Assembly (NCBI GenBank): GCA_013203665.1
Contig: JABMPU010000066.1
Location: 10,206-74,205, forward strand
Length of the DNA: 64,000 nucleotides
Source: Armatimonadota bacterium
GTDB lineage: Bacteria > Cloacimonadota > Cloacimonadia > Cloacimonadales > TCS61
Direction of reading: 5' to 3'
This document shows, piece by piece, positions 1-8,637 of this stretch. The notes beneath the pieces were generated by a model. That model saw nothing but the letters and a program-made list of their open reading frames with translations, was not told the DNA's origin and did not search any database. Each line of letters begins with the position of its first letter. The stretch's first letter is position 1. Both the position numbers and the translations under genes were made by a program.

Positions 1-2
1 GA

Positions 3-401
3 ACAATGATCGAAATTCCTCGTGCTGCCTTAACTGCCGATAAAGTAGCAAAATATGCTGAATTCTTCTCATTCGGTACAAATGACCTGACCCAGATGAC
101 TTATGGTTACAGTCGTGATGACGCTGGAACATTCCTGCCCATATTCATTGAAAAAGGCATCCTGAAACACGATCCTTTCCAGGTATTAGACCAGGAAGGT
201 GTGGGACAGTTAGTGGAAATGGCTACAAAAAAAGGAAGAAGCACGCGCCCGAACCTGAAAGTGGGAATTTGCGGAGAACATGGCGGAGAGCCGAACTCCG
301 TGAAATTCTGTCATAAAGTTGGCATGGATTATGTAAGCTGTTCACCCTATCGAGTCCCAATTGCTCGTCTTGCCGCTGCCCAAGCTTCAATAGAAGAATA
401 A
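3..401 (+). CDS. ppdK: Pyruvate,phosphate dikinase, C-terminal part (5'-truncated by window edge)
   Basis: [37 protein letters not shown] and [18 protein letters not shown] are hallmark PPDK motifs. Confidence 0.97.
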   Translation, partial: TMIEIPRAALTADKVAKYAEFFSFGTNDLTQMTYGYSRDDAGTFLPIFIEKGILKHDPFQVLDQEGVGQLVEMATKKGRSTRPNLKVGICGEHGGEPNSVKFCHKVGMDYVSCSPYRVPIARLAAAQASIEE

Positions 402-418
402 ACTCGAGTTCAGATGAT

Positions 419-604
419 TGTCATTCACGCAAAGCCTGTCATTCCCGCGAAAGCGGGAATCTAAGAACACTGAATAATATTTTTTTTCTCACTTTTGTAG
501 ATTCCCAATCGAGTTGGGAATGACAGTAACGTTTATTGGTCTGTCATTCCCGCAAAGTCTGTCGTTCCCGCAAGGCTTGTCATTCCCGCAAAAGCGGGAA
601 TCTA
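419..604. repeat. Cluster of REP/dRS3-like palindromes (BIME-like), including 18-bp tandem half-repeats
   Basis: TGTCATTCCCGCGAAAGCGGGAATCT (437-462), inverted AGATTCCCAATCGAGTTGGGAATGACA (499-525), tandem CTGTCATTCCCGCAAAGT-like units (541-576) and a further full palindrome ending about 603. Confidence 0.92.
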
Positions 605-927
605 ATAAACCGGAAATCATGAAAAAAAGGTATTTAATTAAAAAAATATTTAGAAGGTTTTTATATAACATCTCAGTTTTTTTAATCTTCCTACTTATCT
701 TTATAGGTTCCTGGTGTCTTCCTCCCAAAACTTTGGAAAGAATAATAAAAAGACTAAAACTCAAATACACAACAGAACATATACATAAAGATTAACAACC
801 CTGTCAGTTATGGCTGGGACTGAAGCAAAAAATAATCCTACGCCGTTCACGGCGTTACAAAATGTTCAGAGAACCAGCAAATCATCGTTTTTTTACCACT
901 ATCAACTTTCCGGAGCCTTGAAACTTC

Positions 928-982
928 TTGACATACTTTCTTAATTTTTGTTTTTAAAAAATGAATTTCATTTGTTAGGAGG
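928..982 (+). promoter_or_regulatory. Putative sigma70 -35 box and RBS of the FN3 protein gene
   Basis: TTGACA at 928-933; AGGAGG at 977-982 before ATG 989; -10 box unclear. Confidence 0.45.
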
Positions 983-988
983 TTTAGA

Positions 989-3900
989 ATGAAAAATTAT
1001 TTTATTCTTTTATTAATAGTATTATTTTCCATCACAACCTGCACGAAAAAAACCACATCACCTGAAGAACAATTATTACCACCAGCTAACTTACAACTTA
1101 CTTTAGTAGAAGAAAATATTGTAACAATTTCCTGGCAGGATAACTCATCTGATGAAACAAAATTCTTTATCGATAGAAAGAAAGGTGAGTATGCCTGGTT
1201 TGAAAATTATGGAGAAGTGGAAGCAAACATTACAGCATTTACAGACAACATCACAACGAATTCTGATACGGTTTATTCTTATAAAATTAGAGCATTTGAC
1301 GGTGATGATTATTCTGAATATTCTACAGAAGTTGGCTGGTTTTCAGAATTTACAGTTCCATCAGATTTACTTCTTGAACAAATTTACCAGGATAGTATCA
1401 GAATAACCTGGTCTGATAACAGCATTGGTGAATTAAATTTTAGAATCGATAAAAAGATTGGAATAAATGATTGGCAGCAAAACTACAAAATTCTCGATTC
1501 CGACTCAACTACTTATATCGATTATAATCCAACCCTGTTTGATTCTTGCTTTTACCGTGTTTATGCTGTGAGTGGAACTTCTTTTTCAGATTATTCTCAA
1601 AATTACATTATCCCTTTTCTACCAGCTCCAACAAATTTTCAAATCGAAGGACTTGAAGCTACATCTATAAAACTTACTTGGGAAGATAACTCTGCAGATG
1701 AAGATGGATTCAAAATATTCAAATCTGAAGATGACAGTGTTTGGACATCTACAACTGTTCCTGAAAATACAGAAGAATGGATTGATGAAGATGTTATTCC
1801 CGGAATTATAAATTTTTACAAAGTCTGTGCCTATATAGACACAAATTATTCTGCTTTTGTTCAAGACAACATAAATACAATGTCCCAACCGGAAGATTTG
1901 TTTTTAGAACAATTGGATGTAACTTGTTTTCAGCTAACCTGGATTGATAATAGTGCATTTGAGCAAGGTTTCAAAATTGATAGAAAGATAGATAATGAAG
2001 AATGGATCAATGAAATTAGCAGTGTTGGCTCTAACATTACACAGTGGATCGATGAAGATGTTAGAAGAAGTTTTGAAGTTGTCTATTACAGGGTGTATGC
2101 TTTTCACGAAAATTATAATTCTGCTAAAATCGAATCAAATAGTAACATTGTTTTTCCGGCACCGACAAATTTACAAATAGAGCAATTAACAACCTGTGAA
2201 ATAAGTTTAATCTGGAATGATAATAGTGATGGAGAAGAAGGTTTTAAGATTGACCGGAAAATTGGAACAGGTAATTGGATAACTAATTATGGCAATGTTT
2301 CTGCCAATACTGAAGAATGGATAGACACTCAGCCTGTCTTTAATGAAATAAATTATTATCGTGTTTATGCTTTTGCCGGTAATAATTATTCTCTTTTTGT
2401 AGAAGGCGAGGTTAATAATATTATTCCAGCACCAAGTAATTTTGTAGCAATTCAGCAAAACGTTCATACTTTTGATCTTTCCTGGCTGGATAATTGTGAT
2501 TTCGAAGAAGGCTTTGAAATCGAAAGAAAAATTGATAATGGTAATTGGTCATTAATTGCTACACTTCCAGATAATACCACATCTTTTACTGATGACTTAA
2601 ATATGAGAAATAGAGGTTGGGAAACAGTCTATTATCGGCTTTATGCTTTCTTTCAGGATAACTCTTCTGACACGATCGAAACTAACTGTAACATCTATTT
2701 TCCGGCACCTTCAAATTTAACTTATCAGACTATAAATTTATCCTCAATTCAATTTAATTGGACATACAGCAGCTATGATGAAGATGGATTTAAAATTGAT
2801 AAAAAAATTGGAAACGATGATTGGCAAATTGAATATGGCATTGTTACTAATTCTTCTTTTGAATGGATAGATGAGAATGCTGAAATAAACGAAACACTCA
2901 AATATCGTGTTTATGCCTTTAGTGGTGAAAATACTTCAGATTACATCGAAACCGGAGAAATTGATAATTCTATTCCAATCCCAACTAATCTAAATGGAAA
3001 TCCTCTCGATGTATCTCAAATTTATTTAGAATGGACGGATAATTCCATTGAAGAGGACGGATTTAGAATTGAACAAAAAGAGAATGAAGGAAGTTTTGTA
3101 GAAATTGGAACAGCTACCCAAATTAATTATACTGCATCAAATCTGAATTTAGATTCTGACTATACATTCAGAGTTCGTGCTTATAAAGATATTCATAATT
3201 CCGGCTATAGTAACGAATGTTTTATGAATATAAGCCAAAATGTTGCTCCCTCAGATTTATCCGGAATTGTGTCTATCGATGGTATTCAAATCCAATGGAT
3301 TGATAATTGCAGTTTTGAAACCGGCTTTATTATCCAGAGAAAAAAAGAAGGGGAAGAATATCAAACCATCCATATTACTGATGAAAATATTACTGATTAT
3401 TTGAATTTTGATATTGAACCTCTCACAACCTACTTTTACAGAGTTTCTGCTGAATTAGGAATTTATCAATCAGTTTGGTGTGAAGAAATAAATCTTCTCT
3501 CTTTTCCGGATTACATTATTGTCGATTTAAATGGAAATGGAAATTACACAAGCATCCAGGATGCAATTTATGGCTCGAATGACGGTGATTCTGTTATTGT
3601 AAATGTTGGTACTTATTATGAAAATATAAATTACTATGGTAAACAGATTACTCTTGGCAGCTTATATCTTTTAATACAAGATGATTATTACATTTCCAAT
3701 ACAATCATCGATGGTAATGCTAATTATAGTGTTGTTACTTTTGAAAGTAGCGAGGATGAGGATTCAAAATTAATTGGTTTTACCATCACAAACGGTTATG
3801 CATCTAATGGTGGAGGAATTTACTGTGATAATTCTAATCCAAGTTTATCTCATCTCATTATTAGTGGAAATTCTGCTGGTGAGATAGCCGGTACTCATGG

Positions 3901-4831
3901 AGGGGGTGGTATGTATTTTAGTTATTCAGACCCAAATTTAGAAAATATTACTATCATAGAGAACAATTCAATTAGTTATGCTGGTGGAATTTTCTTTTCT
4001 CATTCGAACCCAACTATATTTAATGTTACTATTTCAAATAACGTGGCTGCTTCAAGTGGAGGGGGGATTTACTTTTTTTTCTCTAGTCCAACTTTGTATA
4101 ATGTTACCATTTGTGATAATACAGCTCAAAGTGGTGGAGGTATTCGTGTTTATGAATCTAGTCCAAATTTAAATAATTTTACCATAAATGGAAATGAAGC
4201 AGAAAGTGGTGGTGGTATTTCTTCTGGTGGTTCATTTCTAGTTTTAACAAACAGCACTATTAGTGAAAATATAGCTGGTGACTTAGGTGGTGGGATTATA
4301 TGCGGAGAGATAATTTTGAATAATTGTATAATAAGCCAAAATAGTGCTGAAAAAGGTGGCGGGATTTATTGTTCCGGTGTCTATTCAGACTCTGAGTTAA
4401 CAAATGTAATTATAAGTGGAAATACAGCTTATGAAAATGGTGGTGGAATTTACTTCAGTGATACAGAAATGATTTTAACAAATGTTACATTATACGAAAA
4501 TACTGCAAGTAATTCCGGAGGTGGTTTTTACTGTCATTCAAATTATACGCTAACTATTATTAACTGTATTATGTGGAATGATTCACCTCAAGAAATCTTC
4601 CAATTTTATATAAATAATATTTCTATAACATATACAGATATTGAAGATGGCTGGCAAGGGTATTACAATATAGATTCAGATCCTTTATTCGTTGATCCGG
4701 GAAATGATGATTTTCATTTGTTACCAGGTTCTCCGTGCATAGATGCCGGCAATCCAACCACACAATATAACGACCCGGATGGTTCCATAAACGATATGGG
4801 TGCTTATGGTGGACCAGGTGGGGTTTGGTAG
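989..4831 (+). CDS. Large surface (lipo)protein with about 9 fibronectin type III repeats and a C-terminal right-handed beta-helix (GGGI repeats)
   Basis: Signal peptide ending ITTC; repeated P(T/S)NL...(L/I)xWxDNS..E.GFKIDRK...YRVYA units; GGGIY repeats; closing DPLFVD...SPCIDAG...DMGAYGG motif. Confidence 0.9.
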   Translation: MKNYFILLLIVLFSITTCTKKTTSPEEQLLPPANLQLTLVEENIVTISWQDNSSDETKFFIDRKKGEYAWFENYGEVEANITAFTDNITTNSDTVYSYKIRAFDGDDYSEYSTEVGWFSEFTVPSDLLLEQIYQDSIRITWSDNSIGELNFRIDKKIGINDWQQNYKILDSDSTTYIDYNPTLFDSCFYRVYAVSGTSFSDYSQNYIIPFLPAPTNFQIEGLEATSIKLTWEDNSADEDGFKIFKSEDDSVWTSTTVPENTEEWIDEDVIPGIINFYKVCAYIDTNYSAFVQDNINTMSQPEDLFLEQLDVTCFQLTWIDNSAFEQGFKIDRKIDNEEWINEISSVGSNITQWIDEDVRRSFEVVYYRVYAFHENYNSAKIESNSNIVFPAPTNLQIEQLTTCEISLIWNDNSDGEEGFKIDRKIGTGNWITNYGNVSANTEEWIDTQPVFNEINYYRVYAFAGNNYSLFVEGEVNNIIPAPSNFVAIQQNVHTFDLSWLDNCDFEEGFEIERKIDNGNWSLIATLPDNTTSFTDDLNMRNRGWETVYYRLYAFFQDNSSDTIETNCNIYFPAPSNLTYQTINLSSIQFNWTYSSYDEDGFKIDKKIGNDDWQIEYGIVTNSSFEWIDENAEINETLKYRVYAFSGENTSDYIETGEIDNSIPIPTNLNGNPLDVSQIYLEWTDNSIEEDGFRIEQKENEGSFVEIGTATQINYTASNLNLDSDYTFRVRAYKDIHNSGYSNECFMNISQNVAPSDLSGIVSIDGIQIQWIDNCSFETGFIIQRKKEGEEYQTIHITDENITDYLNFDIEPLTTYFYRVSAELGIYQSVWCEEINLLSFPDYIIVDLNGNGNYTSIQDAIYGSNDGDSVIVNVGTYYENINYYGKQITLGSLYLLIQDDYYISNTIIDGNANYSVVTFESSEDEDSKLIGFTITNGYASNGGGIYCDNSNPSLSHLIISGNSAGEIAGTHGGGGMYFSYSDPNLENITIIENNSISYAGGIFFSHSNPTIFNVTISNNVAASSGGGIYFFFSSPTLYNVTICDNTAQSGGGIRVYESSPNLNNFTINGNEAESGGGISSGGSFLVLTNSTISENIAGDLGGGIICGEIILNNCIISQNSAEKGGGIYCSGVYSDSELTNVIISGNTAYENGGGIYFSDTEMILTNVTLYENTASNSGGGFYCHSNYTLTIINCIMWNDSPQEIFQFYINNISITYTDIEDGWQGYYNIDSDPLFVDPGNDDFHLLPGSPCIDAGNPTTQYNDPDGSINDMGAYGGPGGVW

Positions 4832-4961
4832 TTTTTAGTAGTTTTTTATTTCTTGTGAAATTAAATGGTTTATAAATTATACGAACTAACTTATGAAGAA
4901 GTAAAAATTGTAGATCCTTTGTTTTGTTTTAGTAAGAAAGAATATGTGAAGGAGAAGTATA

Positions 4962-5753
4962 ATGAATAGTAACCCTATTAGTGAAAGTAATAAATTATTT
5001 TTTGGGGGATTAACACAGTTAGGCAAAAAATTTTCTGAATCAATTTCAAAAAAAATAATTGAATTTGTAGAAAAAAATCGAGATTCTATAATACAATTTC
5101 AAAATTATATAGATGAAATTTATAGAGATTTTCCTGAAGCATTAAAAAACATCATACAGGATCTAGCATATCGTGGATGGTATATTTCAAAAGAAATGGA
5201 GTTGCCGGAGATAACTCTCCTTGCTGAATTTATAACAAATAAAAAATATGATAAATTAGATAATTACATGTGTGATGTTATTGAATCTAAACTTGACCAA
5301 ATTGAAAAGGAAATAATTCAAAAATATCCTAACAGGAAAAAAATCATTCAGTCAGCCTTTTGTGCACATAAAAAAGGTGTGTATGAATTATCTGTACCAG
5401 TTTTTTTAATACAAGCGGATGGGATTTGTAATGAGTTGCTTAGAGTGCATTTATATAGAAAGAAGAATAAGAAACTTCTTACAGCAATAGCGATTGAGGA
5501 ATATGTAAGTAACGTCATTATGTCAGCTTTAGTTGAACCATTAAGAAATATAAGTGGTTTAAATGTATCAACTGATTATAAGAACCAATATCCCATTATC
5601 CTTAATCGTCATGAAGTTATTCATGGTTCAGACCTTAATTATTGTAAGAAGGAAAAAAGTTTTCAAACAATCTCGCTTTTGTATTATTTAATTTCAGTAG
5701 TTTATGACGCAGTTAAATTAAAAAATAAAAACAATCTTACCATAAATAAATAA
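4962..5753 (+). CDS. Hypothetical protein with HEPN-like Rx4H motif
   Basis: AAGGAG RBS; predicted all-alpha; LNRHEVIHG near C-terminus; very AT-rich. Confidence 0.65.
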   Translation: MNSNPISESNKLFFGGLTQLGKKFSESISKKIIEFVEKNRDSIIQFQNYIDEIYRDFPEALKNIIQDLAYRGWYISKEMELPEITLLAEFITNKKYDKLDNYMCDVIESKLDQIEKEIIQKYPNRKKIIQSAFCAHKKGVYELSVPVFLIQADGICNELLRVHLYRKKNKKLLTAIAIEEYVSNVIMSALVEPLRNISGLNVSTDYKNQYPIILNRHEVIHGSDLNYCKKEKSFQTISLLYYLISVVYDAVKLKNKNNLTINK

Positions 5754-5803
5754 TTGTGTTATTTAATGAGTGGAAAATTTCTCAACAAATGTTACCACAA
5801 ATT

Positions 5804-5925
5804 CGCGAAAGCGGGAATCTGAGAATGCTGAATAATATTTGTTTACTAACTTCTTTTAGATTCCCAATCCAGCCTTCGTACAACTTCGGCTCGGCAGGTA
5901 AGTTGGGAATGACAGTAATATTTAT
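5804..5925. repeat. REP doublet, direct copy of 446-537, left arm truncated, carrying a 30-bp insertion
   Basis: CGCGAAAGCGGGAATCT-gagaatgctgaataatattt...-AGATTCCCAATC[30 bp]AAGTTGGGAATGACAGTAA aligns to 446-537 including the spacer. Confidence 0.9.
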
Positions 5926-5943
5926 CACAACAAAAAAAAGTGT

Positions 5944-6055
5944 TTGACAATTTTATATTAAAAAAGGGATTATGCATTCGGGTATAAAATACTTGCCTAT
6001 GTGACACCAGAAGAAATTTTTATTGATGTTCTTGGCTGGTTTTGACATAAGGCAA
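5944..6055 (+). promoter_or_regulatory. Putative promoter and leader inverted repeat upstream of the TA pair
   Basis: TTGACA 5944-5949, GATTAT 5968-5973; imperfect IR TTGCCTATGTGACACCAG / CTGGTTTTGACATAAGGCAA at 5993-6055. Confidence 0.5.
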
Positions 6056-6079
6056 TTCTTAAAAACATAGGAGAGAAAA

Positions 6080-6247
6080 ATGGCAACCAGTTCATTTGAT
6101 CGTAAGATTGAAATAAAAGACAAAAAGGCAGTAAATAAATTTTATGTTGCTTTAACTTCTCCTTCAAAAAAATTTATTCCTAAATATGATGTTGAAAAGG
6201 AAGTTAAAAAGGGAGTTAAAGCATTAAAAAAAGCATTCTGCCCTTAA
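6080..6247 (+). CDS. 55-aa putative antitoxin (not in the ORF track)
   Basis: AGGAG RBS then ATG; translates MATSSFDRKIEIKDKKAVNKFYVALTSPSKKFIPKYDVEKEVKKGVKALKKAFCP; directly precedes the GNAT gene. Confidence 0.75.
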   Translation: MATSSFDRKIEIKDKKAVNKFYVALTSPSKKFIPKYDVEKEVKKGVKALKKAFCP

Positions 6248-6252
6248 ATGAT

Positions 6253-6795
6253 TTGATAGATAACATTGATAAGAGTCAAACTGAGAATTTGTTTGACTCT
6301 TTTTCTTGTTGTAAAAGCAAAGATGTAGAACACTTTCTAAAAAATAAATCAATAGACTTCGAAGGTAGAAATAAAAGTCGGACATTCATAGTTATGGATT
6401 TTGAAAAACTTCAAAAAAGAAACCTTTCAATTTTAGCATATTTTACCTTAAGTTTAAAAAGTTTTAAAGTCCATAATAAAAAGGTTACATCAACTCTTAG
6501 AAAAAAAATGGATGGATTTAATAAAAAAGCAATAAAATTTGAATCTTTTCTAATTGGTCAACTTGGTCGTAATGATACAATAAAATCTTCTGAATTACCT
6601 GGGAAAGATTTATTAAATATGGCTATCTCATTTATATCTCGTGCTCAGAAGATTGTTGGTGGACGTATTGTTCTGATCGATTGTGAAAATAATGATAAAT
6701 TAATAAAATTCTATGAAGAAAATGATTTTATTCTTATTCAAGAGCATTCAGAAAAATCGAATTTTGTACAAATGATAAGAGTATTAACAATATAA
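6253..6795 (+). CDS. GNAT-family acetyltransferase, putative TA toxin (true start possibly ATT at 6223)
   Basis: FSC..DVEHFLK, AYFTL, LIGQLGRN, GGRIVLIDC, LIKFYEENDF: pattern of GNAT toxins. Confidence 0.8.
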   Translation: MIDNIDKSQTENLFDSFSCCKSKDVEHFLKNKSIDFEGRNKSRTFIVMDFEKLQKRNLSILAYFTLSLKSFKVHNKKVTSTLRKKMDGFNKKAIKFESFLIGQLGRNDTIKSSELPGKDLLNMAISFISRAQKIVGGRIVLIDCENNDKLIKFYEENDFILIQEHSEKSNFVQMIRVLTI

Positions 6796-6878
6796 CTTGA
6801 AATATCGTTTCAGATACTTATTATCTTTTTTTTTCTTTTTTATTTTTGAGCCAGCCTCTTCAAATGTTTTTTATTTCT

Positions 6879-6969
6879 TGTCATTCCCGTGAAAGCTTGT
6901 CCTCGTGTAATCGGGGACGGGAATCGATAATGGTGGCAAACGAGATTCCCAATCCAGTTGGGAATGACA
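6879..6969. repeat. REP doublet; first palindrome carries a 22-bp insertion
   Basis: TGTCATTCCCGTGAAA[GCTTGTCCTCGTGTAATCGGGG]ACGGGAATC followed by AGATTCCCAATCCAGTTGGGAATGACA. Confidence 0.88.
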
Positions 6970-7009
6970 GCAATCTTAGCGGAAAACGAAGCGGACATGT
7001 TCGGCAACT

Positions 7010-7305
7010 GACGAAAGCTTCGTAATCTGTTGAACCTTTGAACCCCTGAACCTCTGAACCTTTAGATGAAACTTTCCGAATCTTATTTGAATGATTTCCT
7101 TTGAGTGGAGCTTCGGAAAGACAAAATCACATTCCGAAGCCTTCTCGCAATTTTCCTGTTGAAAGAGGATTCGGAAGGTTTGAAGTAAAATTGGGAATGA
7201 CAACAAACTTTTAATCCCTGAACCTTAGAGGATCACGAAGCAGAAGCTTCGTAATCAGTTGAACCTCTGAACCCTGAACCCTTGAACCTTGAACCCTTGA
7301 ACCTC
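7010..7305. repeat. Composite repeat tract: TGAACC(C/T)N tandem repeats, ACGAAG..CTTCGT palindromes, nested TTCCGAA/TTCGGAA inverted repeats, REP half
   Basis: Direct reading: tgaacctttgaacccctgaacctctgaacc; tgaacctctgaaccctgaacccttgaaccttgaacccttgaacc; ttccgaatc...gattcggaa. Confidence 0.8.
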
Positions 7306-8637
7306 TCAACCACTTATAGACAACTCTTTTATCAAAACAGAAGCAGCACCGATCGAGTCCATATCGAACTTAAAATTATCTGCAATCATTTCTACATCTT
7401 TCAGAAGTTGCAGAACATTGCCGGAAACCGTGAATTGTTTTAACGAATGCAGCCTTTTCCCATTTTGATAAAGAAAACCTTCAGCAGAAAGAGAGAAATC
7501 TCCGGAAATGGGATTTGCGCCAGAATGCATTCCCTGCAAAGCTACGATCTCGATAACTTGGGAATGTTTTTTAAATAACTCTTCTTCTTTAATATTTCCC
7601 TGCTCAAGATAGAAATTTGAAGGAGAAATCATCAGGCTTCCCTTATAACTCCTCGAACCATTTCCTGTTGATTTCACACCATCTTTTCTGGCTGTTTGAG
7701 TATTATGCAAAAATGATTTCAATTTACCTTTTTCGAGCAATACTGTTTTCTGTGATGGATAACCTTCACTGTCAAAAGCGCGAGTGGAGAATCCTTCCGG
7801 ATAAAGAGCGTCATCTACTATTGAAACTTTTTCATTAGCAATTTGTTCTTCCAGTTTTCCTTTCAGGAGCGATTTTCCTTCCTGAACAGATTTTGCACTG
7901 AAAATGCTGGAAAACGTGGAAAGCATTGTTGCCATCATATCACAATTGAAAACTACCGGATATTTACCGGATTCGATTTGTTTCCCACCCAAAAGAGAAA
8001 CTGCTTTTTCCACGCTTTTTTCTGCTATTTTTTTGGCATCAAATTTGGAGAAATCTCTACCAATAATAAAATCCAATCCCGAGCGTTTATCATCTTCTTC
8101 CTGAGTTAAAACCACACAAAATCCATACGCAGAATTTTGAGTATCTTCCTTGTTCAAACCTTTACTATTAGCAATTCTAAGAAAACTTTTGCCATCACCA
8201 TAAAGAGAATAAGGCACATTGAAAACTCTTTTATCAAGCCCTTTTGCAAACTTTTCCATCTCTTTGGCAAATTTAATTTTTTCTTCCACATCTACTTTAT
8301 CTAATTCTTCTGAAAAAACATTTAATTTCACATCGATATCAGGATAATTTTCCAGGCTCACAACTTCATCATTTTCAGAAAATTTGCTGTTTTCAATAGC
8401 TTCATCCACAATCATGCGGAAGGTTTCGGAATCGAACTTTTCAGTATAAGCATATCCAACCTTTCCATCTTTGATGACTCTCACACTAATCCCTTTGGAA
8501 TCTGCATATTTGAAGGATTCGATTTCCTGTTCATTTATACGAACAGAAAAGGAATTGTCAGCAACAAGCATAATTTCAATATCATCAGTTTTATCTTTTG
8601 CATACTCAAATATGGTGTTGAATTCTTTATCGTACAT
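7306..8637 (-). CDS. pmbA: PmbA/TldE metalloprotease partner subunit
   Basis: FDSEGYP..KTVL, GDFSLSAEG, FTVSGN motifs; no HExxxH; adjacent to tldD. Confidence 0.92.
   Translation of the reverse strand: MYDKEFNTIFEYAKDKTDDIEIMLVADNSFSVRINEQEIESFKYADSKGISVRVIKDGKVGYAYTEKFDSETFRMIVDEAIENSKFSENDEVVSLENYPDIDVKLNVFSEELDKVDVEEKIKFAKEMEKFAKGLDKRVFNVPYSLYGDGKSFLRIANSKGLNKEDTQNSAYGFCVVLTQEEDDKRSGLDFIIGRDFSKFDAKKIAEKSVEKAVSLLGGKQIESGKYPVVFNCDMMATMLSTFSSIFSAKSVQEGKSLLKGKLEEQIANEKVSIVDDALYPEGFSTRAFDSEGYPSQKTVLLEKGKLKSFLHNTQTARKDGVKSTGNGSRSYKGSLMISPSNFYLEQGNIKEEELFKKHSQVIEIVALQGMHSGANPISGDFSLSAEGFLYQNGKRLHSLKQFTVSGNVLQLLKDVEMIADNFKFDMDSIGAASVLIKELSISG

Noticed and set aside
419-604. CRISPR array
   Set aside because: Repeats alternate in orientation, spacing is irregular, copies are dispersed through the window and no cas genes are present; these are REP-type palindromes
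489-795. 93-aa ORFs on both strands
   Set aside because: Largely translations of REP palindromes and AT-rich filler, with no RBS or domain
5756-5947. 63-aa ORF
   Set aside because: Spans the REP doublet and its insert; spurious
6976-7206. 76-aa ORF
   Set aside because: Made of tandem and palindromic repeats
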